Below, in pieces: positions 25,537 through 37,045 of a stretch of 64,000 nt of DNA; position 1 is the first letter of the stretch, and every line of letters starts with the position of its first letter. Location of the stretch: assembly GCF_009914755.1 (NCBI RefSeq), contig NC_060936.1. One strand, 5' to 3'. The translations under genes and the position numbers were made by a program. The notes under the pieces were generated by a model. The model did no database searches, was not told where the DNA came from, and saw only the letters and a program-made list of their open reading frames with translations. Source of the DNA: the human T2T-CHM13v2.0 reference genome, Homo sapiens.

Positions 25537-26300
25537 CTAAACAGGACACCCCCAACTGCCGTTGGGAATTGGGCGATGACCACTCTGGCTAATTCCTGCT
25601 GGATAGGGGCAAAGAAGGGGCCCTGCAGTTGTAGTGTCCTCCAGAGGGGAACTCTTTAGGCCAGTGAAAGGGCCAGCAGGTCGATCCAGGGGTCCTTGGT
25701 AGAAGTTGTTAGTTGAGCACATGTGGGGTTCCATTTGTAAGACCATCTGTAGCTTGATGGCCTCGATCCTGGAGGAAACAAATTTGACAAAAAGATTAAA
25801 AATAGAAGGCCCAAAGGCGAGTAATAGCACGATGGCTCTCATGGGACCTAGAAAGGGGAAAAGCCATGTCTCCCAACTCCAGAGGTTGGGATAAGAGTTT
25901 GAAAGGTGTTGTTTGATTTCAGAAGCCTTTTCCTGTAAATGCCAGGCAGCATCTCATACTATCCCTGAATGGTTAGCGTAAAAACAACACTCTTCCCCTA
26001 AGAAGGTGCAGAGTCCTCCTTTCTCAGCAGTGAGGTCTAGGCCTCAGTGGTTTTGTAGAGTCACTGCTGCAAAAGAATCTATTTGGGATTGAAGAGTAAG
26101 GATAGATATCATTATTTCTTGCAAACTGTCTGAGAAATCCTTTGAGAGTGTGTGGTAGTAGGATAATGAAATAGATAAACCTGCTATTCTGGTTTCTGTA
26201 GCAGTAGCCATTCCTAAACCTATAAGTAGGGGTATTAGTTGAATGGCCTTGTGCTGATGGACTTGAGCTTTGAGGGGCACAGATAGGGTCTGATTTCCAT
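25537..26300 (-). pseudogene. HERV9 env transmembrane-subunit remnant
   Basis: Fusion peptide [36 protein letters not shown]6CC motif (CTFLGEECC), TM/tail LLLAFGPSIFNLFVKFVSSRIEAIKLQM. SU is absent. Confidence 0.93.
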
Positions 26301-26453
26301 AAGATTAGAAGTTAGGATAATGCATGCTACACTGTTAAGTTTTTTAAGCAAACTTTACTTTTAATGAAAACTTTGTAAGTTTGGGATTTCAATTATTCTT
26401 TGCTATTAATAAGACCTCGTTTAGTCCATATTAACTTAGAATTTGTATAGATG

Positions 26454-26580
26454 ACGAGTTAGTGGGTGCAGCGCACCAGCATGGCACATGTATACATATG
26501 TAACTAACCTGCATAAGGTGCACATGTACCCTAAAACTTAAAGTATAATAATAAAAAAAATTAAAAATAAAATAAAATAA
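26454..26580 (+). mobile_element. Severely 5'-truncated L1PA2-type insertion inside HERV9
   Basis: L1 3' end acgagttagtgggtgcagcgcaccagc...cttaaagtataataa plus an A-rich tail; 16-bp TSD agaatttgtatagatg (26438-26453) / aggatttgtatagatg (26581-26596). Confidence 0.93.
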
Positions 26581-27049
26581 AGGATTTGTATAGATGGCTC
26601 CTTCCTTATTCTGTAAGTACTTTAAGATTTGGCTGAGTGCAAACAACTTCCAGGTTTGAGCAGACCAATTATTATGTAATTTTCCTAACTCTGCTTCTAC
26701 AAGAGTTTCCTTATCACTTACTGGATACCCATTGTGTCTTTTTCCCTTAATCACCTAGGAGGAACTATCTATCATGCTGTCCTGAAGGGAGTTCCTCCTA
26801 GATCTGGTCAGACCTTTGTATGGTAATTAATTAAGATTTAGATCCCCTTTTAGAAAACCTGCTGGGTTAAGGATTTTTGATAGGAAGCCTATGGGTTGTC
26901 AGTGGCCTCAGTGCTTTCGAGAGCTATGCCCTTGTTTACACTGACAACAAGGTGGTATTGGAGCGTTACAGGGTTACAGAGAAGACCTTCAATTATCAAT
27001 TATAGGTTTTAAATTTACTCTGGCTTTTAAAGGAATAGGGCACACTGCT

Positions 27050-27305
27050 TTTTCTTTTCTACTTCCATCCCTCTTTCTTTCTCTTTGACTTCTTTGTCTC
27101 TCTCTTTCTGTCTCCCTCTTTGTCTCTTCCTCTCTTTGACTTTCTGTCTCTCTCTTTCTCTCTCTGTCTCTGATTCCCTCTTTGTCTGTGTCTCTTCCTC
27201 TCTCTCTCTCTCTCTGACTTTCTGTCTCTTTCTCTCTTTCCTTTCTGCTGGTCTTTCCCTGCCTCTGCCAGTCACTTCTGCTGCTGTTCTCCCCTCTCCC
27301 CCTTT
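27050..27305. repeat. CT-rich (GA-rich on the proviral strand) low-complexity tract in HERV9
   Basis: tctctctttctgtctc-type repeats; the source of spurious ORFs 27027 and 27085. Confidence 0.9.
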
Positions 27306-27482
27306 TTGATGGCTTCAGCAGTGTAAGACTGCCACCTCCTTGGGTTTTTGCACTGCATGCAATAACTCCATGATTTCCTTGTGCTATTTAATGGGGGTTC
27401 CCCCAGAGGTTAGAAACTCCCTTTTTTTCCATATTGCAGCATGGGTATGTAGGATTAGATAATCATACTTACTATCTGTAGC
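27300..27482 (-). pseudogene. HERV9 pol RNase H remnant
   Basis: Manual translation: TDSKYDYLILHTHAAIWKKREFLTSGGTPIK*HKEIMELLHAVQKPKEVAVLHC*SHQKG. Confidence 0.85.
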
Positions 27483-27700
27483 AAAGTCTCCCAATTACAA
27501 CTGAGGAGGTGGGAGAAATACCTAGTTACATGTTGTCCCAGGATTCCTCGGATGGTAGCAGACCTTGAGGACAGCTGTCTGGGACAGGAGATTAACACTG
27601 GGAAAGCCACGCCAGTGTCCAGCAGGAAGTCAATTTCCTGACCCTCAATGGTTAAATGTACCTAGGGCTCCGTGAGGGTGATAACACGAGCTGGCGCTTG
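27483..27700 (-). pseudogene. HERV9 protease remnant
   Basis: Manual translation: IEGQEIDFLLDTGVAFPVLISCPRQLSSRSATIRGILG; catalytic DTG at 27611-27619. Confidence 0.88.
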
Positions 27701-27764
27701 CCCCAGTCACCCTCAGTCCTGTTGTTGGATCATCTGGTTGGGGGCTTTTGGCTCAGAGAACTTT

Positions 27765-28400
27765 TGCCCACTGGGGCAGTGTGCCTTCCAGTGATTACCT
27801 CAGCATATTGGACATGGGCAAGGGGGCAGCTTGTTTCTTGTTGGACAATCTTTTTTAAAGTGTCCCTGTAAACCATACTGATAACAAGCCCTACTGAGTG
27901 ATTGGCCTGCTCCATTTTCTGTCCTTTCTGAACCACCAAGGTTTGTTTGTCTGAGGGTCATGACTAAGGCTGTGGCCTTTCTCTGATCTTGCTTTGCTTA
28001 TTTCCTTATAGGCAGGGGAGATTAGAAGAGGCTTATCATTAATAGGAAGGGGAGCTATAGGGATGCTAGGATATGGGGGTAAGCTGAAAGGTCCTCCTGT
28101 GGGATGTAAATTGCAAGCTTTGCATAGTTGTATATTCTCCTTCAATGAAAAGAAGCTTGGACATAAGGTATTTCACTCCATTTGCCTTGCCTCTTACAGA
28201 AAAGGTCAAGCTGCAGGATAGTATTGTAATTTACACTTCCCTCAGGTAGCCATTTTTTCCCATCAGAGAGAGAACACTGGGGCCAAGCCATAACACAGAA
28301 AAAAATGAGCTGCCTCTTTTTCAGGCTTTTGTGGGTCAAATTGGTCCCAGTGGCTTAGGATGCATTTCAAGGGTGAGCCTGAGTGTTTCCCCTCTGAAAG
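27765..28400 (-). pseudogene. HERV9 gag remnant (matrix plus nucleocapsid; capsid deleted)
   Basis: MA-like [16 protein letters not shown] and [32 protein letters not shown]; NC knuckle remnants ACYQYGLQGHFKKDCP and CPIC*GNHWKAHCP near 27770-27890. Confidence 0.88.
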
Positions 28401-29548
28401 ACAAAACCGCTCACAGTTTTGGTTTGTTTGTTTCCCCCACTGCCGCCCAAGAACCTGCAATAGTCCCTGGACCCTGCTGATCAGAATAGTTGCACTCACT
28501 GATGCAGCAGCTGAAAGACTAGTTTTCCTCCTAGACCACAAGGAGGACCGAGGAAGGTCGGATTTAGTGGCCATTACCGACTCATCCTCGAAAACCTGCA
28601 CCTTTGCCTGTCCTCCTAGACCACAAAGAGGACTGAGAAAAATTGGATTTAGTGGCCCTTACCAACACATTCTCGAAAACCTGTTAGAGTCCTAAGAGTT
28701 CTCCTGTTAGTATTAGAAACTTACCACTGTCCTATAAAGATGTTATGCCCCAAAAATGAAGTGGAGGGCCATACCCTGAGGGAGGGAAGGGATCTCCAGA
28801 GTTGGAAGAGTGATGCCTTTTGTCCTCACTTATATGAATAGGAAAGATACCATTTCTGAAGCTCCCCATATGCTAGCTTCAGGAATAGCTTTTGTTAGGG
28901 CTGCTAGTCTGAGGAGGGATCCTAAAATTCCAGATAGTCCCCTGCCCCAGTGGGGCTTTGGGCAAAAATTATGTCTTTCTGATTGGTGAGCCCGGGTGCC
29001 TAAAGAAGGTAACAGAGTCCTAAAGTTTATACTAAAAGTCATTCTTACAGAAGAAATTAGAAAAGCACCAGACACAGGGGGTGGTTTTTAGAAACGGGAC
29101 TAGCCTCAGAGAAGAGAGGCAAGAGGAAGTTTGTCTGACAGGCATTAGGACCCAGGAGGCAAGGGTCAGGATAGATAGGGTAGATGGGCGAGTCTTGCTT
29201 AGGCAACATGACTTTGAGAGTTCTGTTCATGGCTGCAGGGTCAACTGGCTTGCTGTCAGGACCCCATAGCTGAAAGGCTTTCCTCTCTGTCAACCCTCGG
29301 CTCAGCCCAGAAGTACAGGAAAAGCAGAAGCTGGTTCCAGGCAAACCAACACTCCCAACTCTGAAGAGTCAGGGGTTGTTACAGAGCCCTTTCCCAGAAA
29401 GCCTGACACCTGTGTCTTTAGTCTGGTGGCTGTGCTAGTCACTTTCAACTGGCTGACAGGTGCCCAGTATTTAGCCCCCAAATTCTAAGGAAAAATAGGA
29501 CAGAATAGCAAGCGAAAGGGGTCTGATGGTACTCACTGCTTGGCAATT

Positions 29549-29566
29549 GTCCCTTGGTCGTCGCCA
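29549..29566 (-). other. Primer binding site, tRNA-Arg type
   Basis: TGGCGACGACCAAGGGAC lies just inside the 5' LTR, two mismatches from the recalled ERV9 PBS TGGCGACCACGAAGGGAC. A GTGAGT donor follows at 29536-29531. Confidence 0.8.
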
Positions 29567-29569
29567 AAA

Positions 29570-30256
29570 TGTGTCTGGAATTTGTTCCTTCCAGTGGGCT
29601 TGTGGTCTCGCTTGACTTCAGGAGTGAAGCCGCAGACCATTGCAATGAACGTTGCAGCTCTTAAAGGTGGTGCGTCCGGAGTTATTTGTTCCTCCTGGTG
29701 GGTTCGTGGTCTCACTGACTTCAGGAGTGAAGCCACAGACCTTCACAATGAGCATTACAGCTCTTAAAGTTGGTGCGTCCAGAGTTGTTTGTTCCTCCCG
29801 GTGGGGGTTCGTGGTCTCGCTGACTTCAGGAGTGAAGCCACAGATCTTCACAGTGAGTGTTACAGCTCATAAAGGTAGTGCAGGCACAAAGAGTGAGCAG
29901 CAGCAAGATTTATGGTGAAGAGCAAAAGAACAAAGCTTCCACAGTGCAGAAGGGGACCTGAGCAGGTTGCCACTGCTTGCTCGGGTCACCAGCTTTTATT
30001 CCCTTATTTGGCCCCACCCACGTACTGCTAACTGGTCCATTTTACAGAGCACTGATTGGTCCATTTTACAGAGTGCTGATTGGTGCATTTTTACAGAGTG
30101 CTGATTGGTGCATTTACAAACTTTTAGCTAGACACAGAGCACTGATTGGTGCGTTTTTACAGAGTGCTGATTGGTGCATTTACAAACCTTTAGCTAGACA
30201 GAAAAGTTCTCCAAGTCCCGACTCAACCCAGGAAGTCCAGCTGGCTTCATCTCTCA
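29570..30256 (-). mobile_element. LTR12-family 5' LTR
   Basis: Same termini as the left LTR; AATAAA/TATA-like box (gcttttattccc on +); five intact CCAAT boxes. Confidence 0.95.
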
Positions 30257-30994
30257 GTTCTATTTTTGATATTTCAGAATTAACTGTATTGTTCCCCAAA
30301 ATGTTCTCATTAAAAATTTTTTAATGTGTGTATGTGTGTATGTTTATAAAACTGTGTGTGTAACATTTTTCATTAGTTGCAACATTTTTCCTTAGGAATG
30401 TATCATTTCTTATTTTCTTAGAGATTCAATACAAAAATCAACTTTATTTAAATATACTGTTTTTTTTTTTTTAGCCTGGTGAGAAAACTAGTAATAAATA
30501 GCAATCTTATTTAAAAATCACGGAGGTAGGCCAGCCGGAGTTGTTCTGTAGTTTCAATGTATCAGAAGTCTTTGTTGAACAACTGCATGAGTTCACACTA
30601 GACCAAAAAGCATATACAGATTACATCAAAGTTGTAGTCCTTCTTAGCAGCAGAATCATTCAGATAGAATGTAAAGAAAAACAGACTATTTCAAATGGCA
30701 ATTATTCTTGTTTAAATTAAAACAGGTGGAGATTTTTCCAGTATCAATCTTAGTTAATGGAGGGCTGTTCAGCCAAAATGATAAACTACCGTTACTTCTA
30801 ATAACAGAAATAATCACAATTCTAAGTTCAACCACCTGGACCAAGAATAGCAATCATATATTGGTTTTCTAAATTTTAATACTTCATTAAATTTAGTGTT
30901 TTGAAATTGTTTAGAGTTTCCTTGTCAAACTAATGTAGAGTAAACCAGTACATCCGTCAGATATGACAATTCTTCTAGGAGCATTACCTATTTT

Positions 30995-32680
30995 ATATTA
31001 AATTTTTTTGAGAAAATTGTAGATTCACATTAAGTAGGAATAAACAATACAGAAAGATTCCATCTACCTTTTATTCAGTTTCCCCCAATGCTAGCATCTT
31101 GTAAGACTGTAGTATAATATCACAATACCAGAGGTGATACAGTCAAATGCAGAAAGTTTTCATTGGAACAAGAATCCCTCAATTTGCTCTTTTAGAGTGA
31201 CATTCACTTCCTTCCCACCTTTATTCAGTTCTTGAGCCCTGTCAACCAGTAATGTGTTCTCCATTTCTATAACTTTGTCACATCAAACATCATATAAATG
31301 GAAGCATATAGTGCTCGCCTTTAGGGATGGATAGTTTTAATTCCACATAATTCTCTGGAGATTCATCCAGGTTGTTGCATTGATCAACAGTTTATTCCTT
31401 TTTATCAGTAAGTAGTGGAAGTAACATAGTTTGTTTAACCATTCCTCCACTGAAGCACATCTGGGTTATTTACATGTTTGGCCTATTACAAATAAAGCTG
31501 CTATAAACATTCATGTGCAGGTGCTGTGTGGACATAAGTTTTTATTTTTCTGGGACAAGTGCCCAGGAATGCAATTGCAGGGTCATATGGTAGTGATGTT
31601 TTTTGTTTTGTAAAAATCTGAGAAACTGTTTCTGGAGTGGCTTTATCATTTCACACTCCCACCAGCACTGTATGAGTGACCTGGTTCTTCTGCTTTCTGG
31701 ACAGCAATTGGTATTTTTCACTGTTTTTTTGTTTGTTTATTTTAGCTATTGTGATATATGAATAGTATTTACCTATTGCAATTTTAGTTTGCATTTCCCT
31801 AATGACTATTGATGCTGAACACCTTTTAATAAGCTTCTTTGCCATCTGCACATCCTCTCTTGGTGAAATACATGTTTATGTCTTGCCTGTTTCCCTAGTG
31901 GACTGTTTGAATTTATACAGCTGAGTTTTTAGAGTCCTAACATATTCTAGATACAATTCCTTTCTCAGATATGTGTTTTGCAAATATTTTTATCTCTCTC
32001 TGTAGCTTATTTTTTCATTCCGGAAGCAGGGTCTTCCAAAACTTCAAAAGTTTGGATGAGGTCCAATTCATCAATTAGTTTTATTTTATGTATTATACTT
32101 TGGTGTCAAGTTTAAGAATTCTTTCCTCAAACCTTGATTTCCAAGATTTTCTCTTATGTATTTTCTGAGTTATATAGTTTTGTACTTTATGTTTAAAATT
32201 ATTTTATCCATTTTGAGTTAATTTTTGCTTAAGTGTGGGACTTTTAAAATTGCCTATGGATGTCTATCTACTACAGCACCATTTGTTGGAAAGGTTGTCT
32301 TCATTAAATTTCTGTTTCATGTTTGTCATAAATTAGTAAGGTGTATGTGGGTGGATCTATCACTCCACCACTGCTAAACAGTCTTGATTGCTGGACTTAT
32401 ATAATCAATCTTCAAATCAGGTACACTGATTTTTTTCCACTGTATTCTTTATCAAAATTGTTTTAGTTTTCAACTTTGTTTGCCTTTCTGTATTAATTTT
32501 AAAATAATCCTGTACATCAGTTTTTCTGTTACTATTTGGGGTATTCTATAAATGTCAATTAGATCTTTCTGGTTGATGGTGTTAAGTGTTTCTATATTCT
32601 TCTTAATTTTCTGTCTAGTTGTTCTATCGGTAGTTGAGAGAGCAGTGTTGAAGTGTCCGAATATAATTGTGGATTTTAGA
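30995..32680 (-). mobile_element. L1MC-type element: 3' UTR, ORF2 end and a separate endonuclease-region piece
   Basis: gagaaaattgtagattcaca...cagtttcccccaatgctagcatctt; ORFs 31651 (KRCSASIVIREMQ) and 32470 (TIIFGHFNTALS..DRTTRQKI) are L1 ORF2-like. Confidence 0.85.
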
Positions 32681-33028
32681 AACATCATTTTTAATGTTTA
32701 ACGAAAACTTCATGTATAATATGGAAGAGTATGAAACATTTGGTTTTAATGTGGTTTTCCTTATATATACATAATCAGTTACTAGCTCACTTTAACTTGC
32801 TTCATAGATAACAAGAGAATTAGATAAAATAATCAGTCATTGGAAGAGTATAAACGTTGTTTCAGCCTGTAAGTAATCATGATGACCCTTGTAGAATAAA
32901 ATTACATCACCTACTCTTTTGGCTTGAACTACTAAAAAAAAAAGAAAAGTGTGCCCTCCCACTCTCTTCATCCCAGTCTACTTTTTGCATATAAACTTTA
33001 GAAAAAATTAACAAAACCGTATGAGATC

Positions 33029-33675
33029 TTGTTTTATGTATATATTTTTCATTATACTTTAAGTTCTAGGGTACATGTGCACAACATGCAGGTTTGTTAC
33101 ATATGTATACATGTGCCATGTTGGTGTGATGCACCCATTAACTCGTCGTTTCCATTAGGTATATCTCCTAACGCTATCCCTCTCCACTCCCCCCACCCCA
33201 CAACAGGCCCCAGTGTGTGATGTTCCCCTTCCTGTGTCCATGTGTTCTCATTATTCAATTCCCACCTATGAGTGAGAACATGCAGTGTTTGGTTTTTTGT
33301 CCTTGTGATAGTTTGCTGAGAATGATGTTTTCCACCTTCATCCATGTCCCTACAAAGGGCATGAACTCATCATTTTTTATGGCTGCATAGTATTCCATGG
33401 TGTATATGTGCCACATTTTCTTAATCCAGTCTATCGTTGTTGGACATTTGGGTTGGTTCCAAGTCTTTGCTATTGTGAATAGTGCCACAATAAACATACA
33501 TGTGCATGTGTCTTTATAGCAGCATGATTTATAATCCTTTGGGTATATACCCAGTAATGGGATGGCTGGGTCAAATGGTATTATTTCTAGTTCTAGATCC
33601 CTGAGGAATCGCCACACTGTCTTCCACAATGGTTGAACTAGTTTACAGTCCCACCAGCAGTGTTAAAGTGTTCCT
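33029..33675 (-). mobile_element. 5'-truncated primate L1 (L1PA3/PA4-like)
   Basis: attatactttaagttctagggtacatgtgc...; ORF 33255-33629 is the ORF2 C-terminus (WKTVWRFLRDLELEIIPFDPAIPLLGIYPK...HCMFSLIGGN). No clear TSD. Confidence 0.95.
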
Positions 33676-35280
33676 GAGCATCAATACAAAGTCCTGACAG
33701 AGGAATTGAGGTTGTCAAACATGCTTATATTCCCATTAGTTTCCTTTTAACAGAATAATAATGAATGCTGAATCCAAACCTTTTGAATGATAAGTAGATT
33801 ATCAAGACATAAACTAATGTTAATCGTGGAATTTTTTTAGAATAGTGATAAATTTAAAAGATAATTAAGATTGGAGGGATATTTAGGAAATGAAAATGAG
33901 AGTACTGACATCATAAACTGTTTTAATGTTTGTGGTGTCTAGAAAATGCATGGCACTTCATCTTTTAAAGGGCACTTTAATAATTTTTCTAAATCAATGC
34001 ATGTAAGAGTTAGGTGTTCTCTTCAAGTTCATCTTAATTTTATTGAAGAAGAAACAGGCTCAGATATGACAGATGAATTGGCCTGGCTTTTCAAATTTTA
34101 AGTAAGTTGACTTTTGATTACAGATTCAGAACTCATTCAATTGGACAACATCTGACTCCTAGAGACAGACTTCAGAAACTCTGTAGAAACCCAAACCAAA
34201 ACTAGCAAGTGAAAATGTAGCTTCTCTTCTTTATGCCTTCCATATTCTCACATTCTGCCAGTGTTCCACTTTTTATATTATACTTATTTGTTTTTGATTC
34301 CTGGTTTGCTTCAATTTTAAGATAAAGATAATAGTAATAAAAAATGTACTATGAGTATGAATCATTAAATACAGGATTGAAAAGCCTTATGTAAATATAG
34401 TTGCTCTTCAAATAATCTTTAAATATTTGTGACCATCTACTGTCATAAAGGGACCAAGGAATTGTTGTAATATAACTGATTTACTGTGATTTAAGTGTGT
34501 AATTGAGTAACAAATGTTCTAAAATATGACTGACAGATTTTTTCAGAATAAACTCTGTGTTGTTCATTTTGTTATAGTCAATTAAATTTAAATGTATTAA
34601 AAGCGGTTTACCTGATATTAAACTCTAAACTCTATGTTCTGGAAAATAGACTTCAAAAAACTTCATATGGTGGTCAATTACAGATGTTACAAATAAACTA
34701 GACTAATGGGATACATTTAAATGCAAAATACAAAGCTAAGTCATCTAAATTCTGACAATAATTAATAAAAAATTGAATTTTTTTATGTTTTTAAATTTCA
34801 ATAGGATAATTAAACATTCTGATAATAATTTTTTAAAAGGAGCACTTTCTTTGCTCCTCCCATAAAATCTTAAATTTTAATAAAAAATAATAAAATTAAA
34901 TTAACTTTAACGTGATAATTATCTATTTCTTCCTTTGGTTTTCCATCATAGCAGTTGGAGATCAGCCATTATTATTTCATTTAATTACTTCTCAATCAAG
35001 AGACTCAGTGTTAACATCAATGCTTTCTTAACTAGGACAAAATTTTTCTTTCATTTGTTTATATTTGAGAAAAAATTAAATAAATAAAAATATGCTTATT
35101 AATTTACACCAGGGAAATTAGCCTTTAATGACAAATGCTGTGTTATTGAACATTTAGACATTTCATGACACATCCATATACAAACCATTCAATCAAGAGT
35201 ACAGAAACAATTTTAAAACCAGACAAATGCTTTTAAATATAACTCTCTGTAATCAGAATGTAGATATTTTTTAACAGAGT

Positions 35281-35601
35281 TTTCTTTTCTTTCTTTCTTT
35301 CTTTTATTTTTTTTTTAAAGAGACAGTCTCACTCTATTACCCAGGGTAGAGTGCAGTGGCTTTATCATAGTTCACTGCAGCTTCAAAGGCCTGGGTATAA
35401 GCGATCCTCCCACCTCAGCTTTCCTAGTAGCTGGAACTACAGGCATATGCCACCACTCCTGGATACATTTTAAAACATATTTGGTAGAAGCAGGGTCTTG
35501 TTACATTTTTCAGGCTGGTCTTGAACTCCTGGCCTCAAGAGATTCTTCTGCCTTGGCCTCCCAAATCTTAGGATTACAGGCATGAGCCACTGCATCTGGC
35601 T
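35281..35601 (-). mobile_element. AluJ
   Basis: Diverged full dimer in antisense with J features (atcatagttcactgcagc, gcgatcctcccacctcagc). Confidence 0.92.
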
Positions 35602-36053
35602 AAATTGAGTTTCCAAACTCAATTGGATATCAAAATTTCATCCCTTCATTTCCCATTTTGTAGAAAGATGTTGACTATGTATCTCTTAATAGTTAATTGG
35701 TTAAATTATTTATGGAATATCTACATAAAAGAATGCTTTGCAGATTTTAATAATTGGAAGAGATTTCCTGTGTTAATGTTATTGAGGTGAAAATAGCAAA
35801 ACAACATGTATGAGTGATGCAATTTTAGTTTATATACATCTACATTTTTTTTCAATCTACTTACAAGTTTATTATCTATCTACAAGTAATGTGTGCAAAG
35901 GAAAAAACAACACCCATATGATATGAAGGGAGTTATACCAAAATGCTAACAATGGTTATCCAGGGGTGAAGGATGTGGTTGTACAAGTCTGTGCAAAGAA
36001 GCTGAAAGGGAATATGATTTATTATTTCATTTAGTTAAGTGAAATTGGAATAC

Positions 36054-37045
36054 TTTTTTAGCTTTATTGATACATAATTAATATGCGTAAAGTACATATC
36101 TTTAATGGGTACATTTTGATGGGTTGGACATATGTATAAACCCATGCTACCATTACTGCAATAAAAATACTAAATATATTCATTGCCTCCCAAAATTTCC
36201 TTTTGTGTTTGTATGTGTGAACATTTTGTGATAAGAAGGCTTAATATGAGATCTCTCCTTTTGACATATTTAACATGCACAGTACTGTATTCCTAACTAT
36301 GTGTACTGTGTTCTAGAGCAGCTAGAGCTTTTTCATATTGCATGGCTGAAAATTTACACCTGAGCAACAATTCTCCATTTTCTCCTTTTCCCAGTCCCTG
36401 GCTATTACCATTCTATTTTCCCCTTCTATGAATTTGATGATTGTAAATATCTAATATAAGTGAAATGGAGTATTTGTCCTTCTGTGACTGGCACATTTCC
36501 CTTAGCATAGTCTTCTCTAGGGTCATCCATATTGTCACAAGTAGGATTTCTTTCATTTTAAGGCTGAATAACATTTCATTGTATGTATTTACTACACTTT
36601 TAAAAATCCATTTATATGTTGATAGACTTGCAGGTTGCTTCTGTATCTTGTCTATGGTGAATCATGCTACAATGAATGTAGAAGTGCAGAATCTTTTCAA
36701 GATTCTAATTTCAATCCCTTTGACCATATACCAAGAAGTGAGAATGCTAAATCATATGGCAGTTCTATTAATATAGCAGTTCTATTAATTTTTAAAGAAC
36801 CTCCATATCTTTTCCGTAGTGGCAACACCACTCTATATTATCACCAACAGTGTATAAGGGTTGCAATTTCTCTGCATTTTTGCCAACACTCAGCATTTTT
36901 TAAAATAATAGCCATCCTAACAGAGATGAGTGATATGTCATTTTAGTTTTTATTTGCATTTCTATGATATAATTAAAGATCCTCTTTTTATATGTGAATT
37001 GGCTATTTCTATGTCTTCTTTACAGAAATGTCTATTTGAGTACTT
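36054..37045 (-). mobile_element. L1MA/L1MB-type 3' fragment
   Basis: gctttattgatacataatt...gtatttgtccttctgtgactggcacatttcccttagcata...aatagccatcctaacaga. Confidence 0.85.

Larger units (their letters stand above)
24836..30256 (-). mobile_element. HERV9 (ERV9) provirus, internally deleted (non-autonomous type), with two LTR12-family LTRs
   Basis: TG..CA termini; 4-bp TSD GTTC at 24832-24835 and 30257-30260; PBS, gag/pro/RNase H/env remnants and PPT in the correct order on the minus strand. Confidence 0.95.

Noticed and set aside
27027-27309. Arg/Glu-rich and Ser/Leu-rich ORFs
   Set aside because: These are translations of a CT/GA low-complexity tract.
28525-28685. Two ~70-bp direct repeats (cctagaccaca...ctcgaaaacctg) in the HERV9 leader
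   Set aside because: As far as I recall this is a normal feature of the ERV9/HERV-W-like leader and is not specific to this locus.
33255-33629. 124-aa ORF as a host gene
   Set aside because: It is the L1 ORF2 C-terminus of a truncated L1PA.
36755-36788. 17-bp microduplication (similar ones at about 311, 23515 and 51471)
   Set aside because: Ordinary slippage events, mostly inside old repeats.
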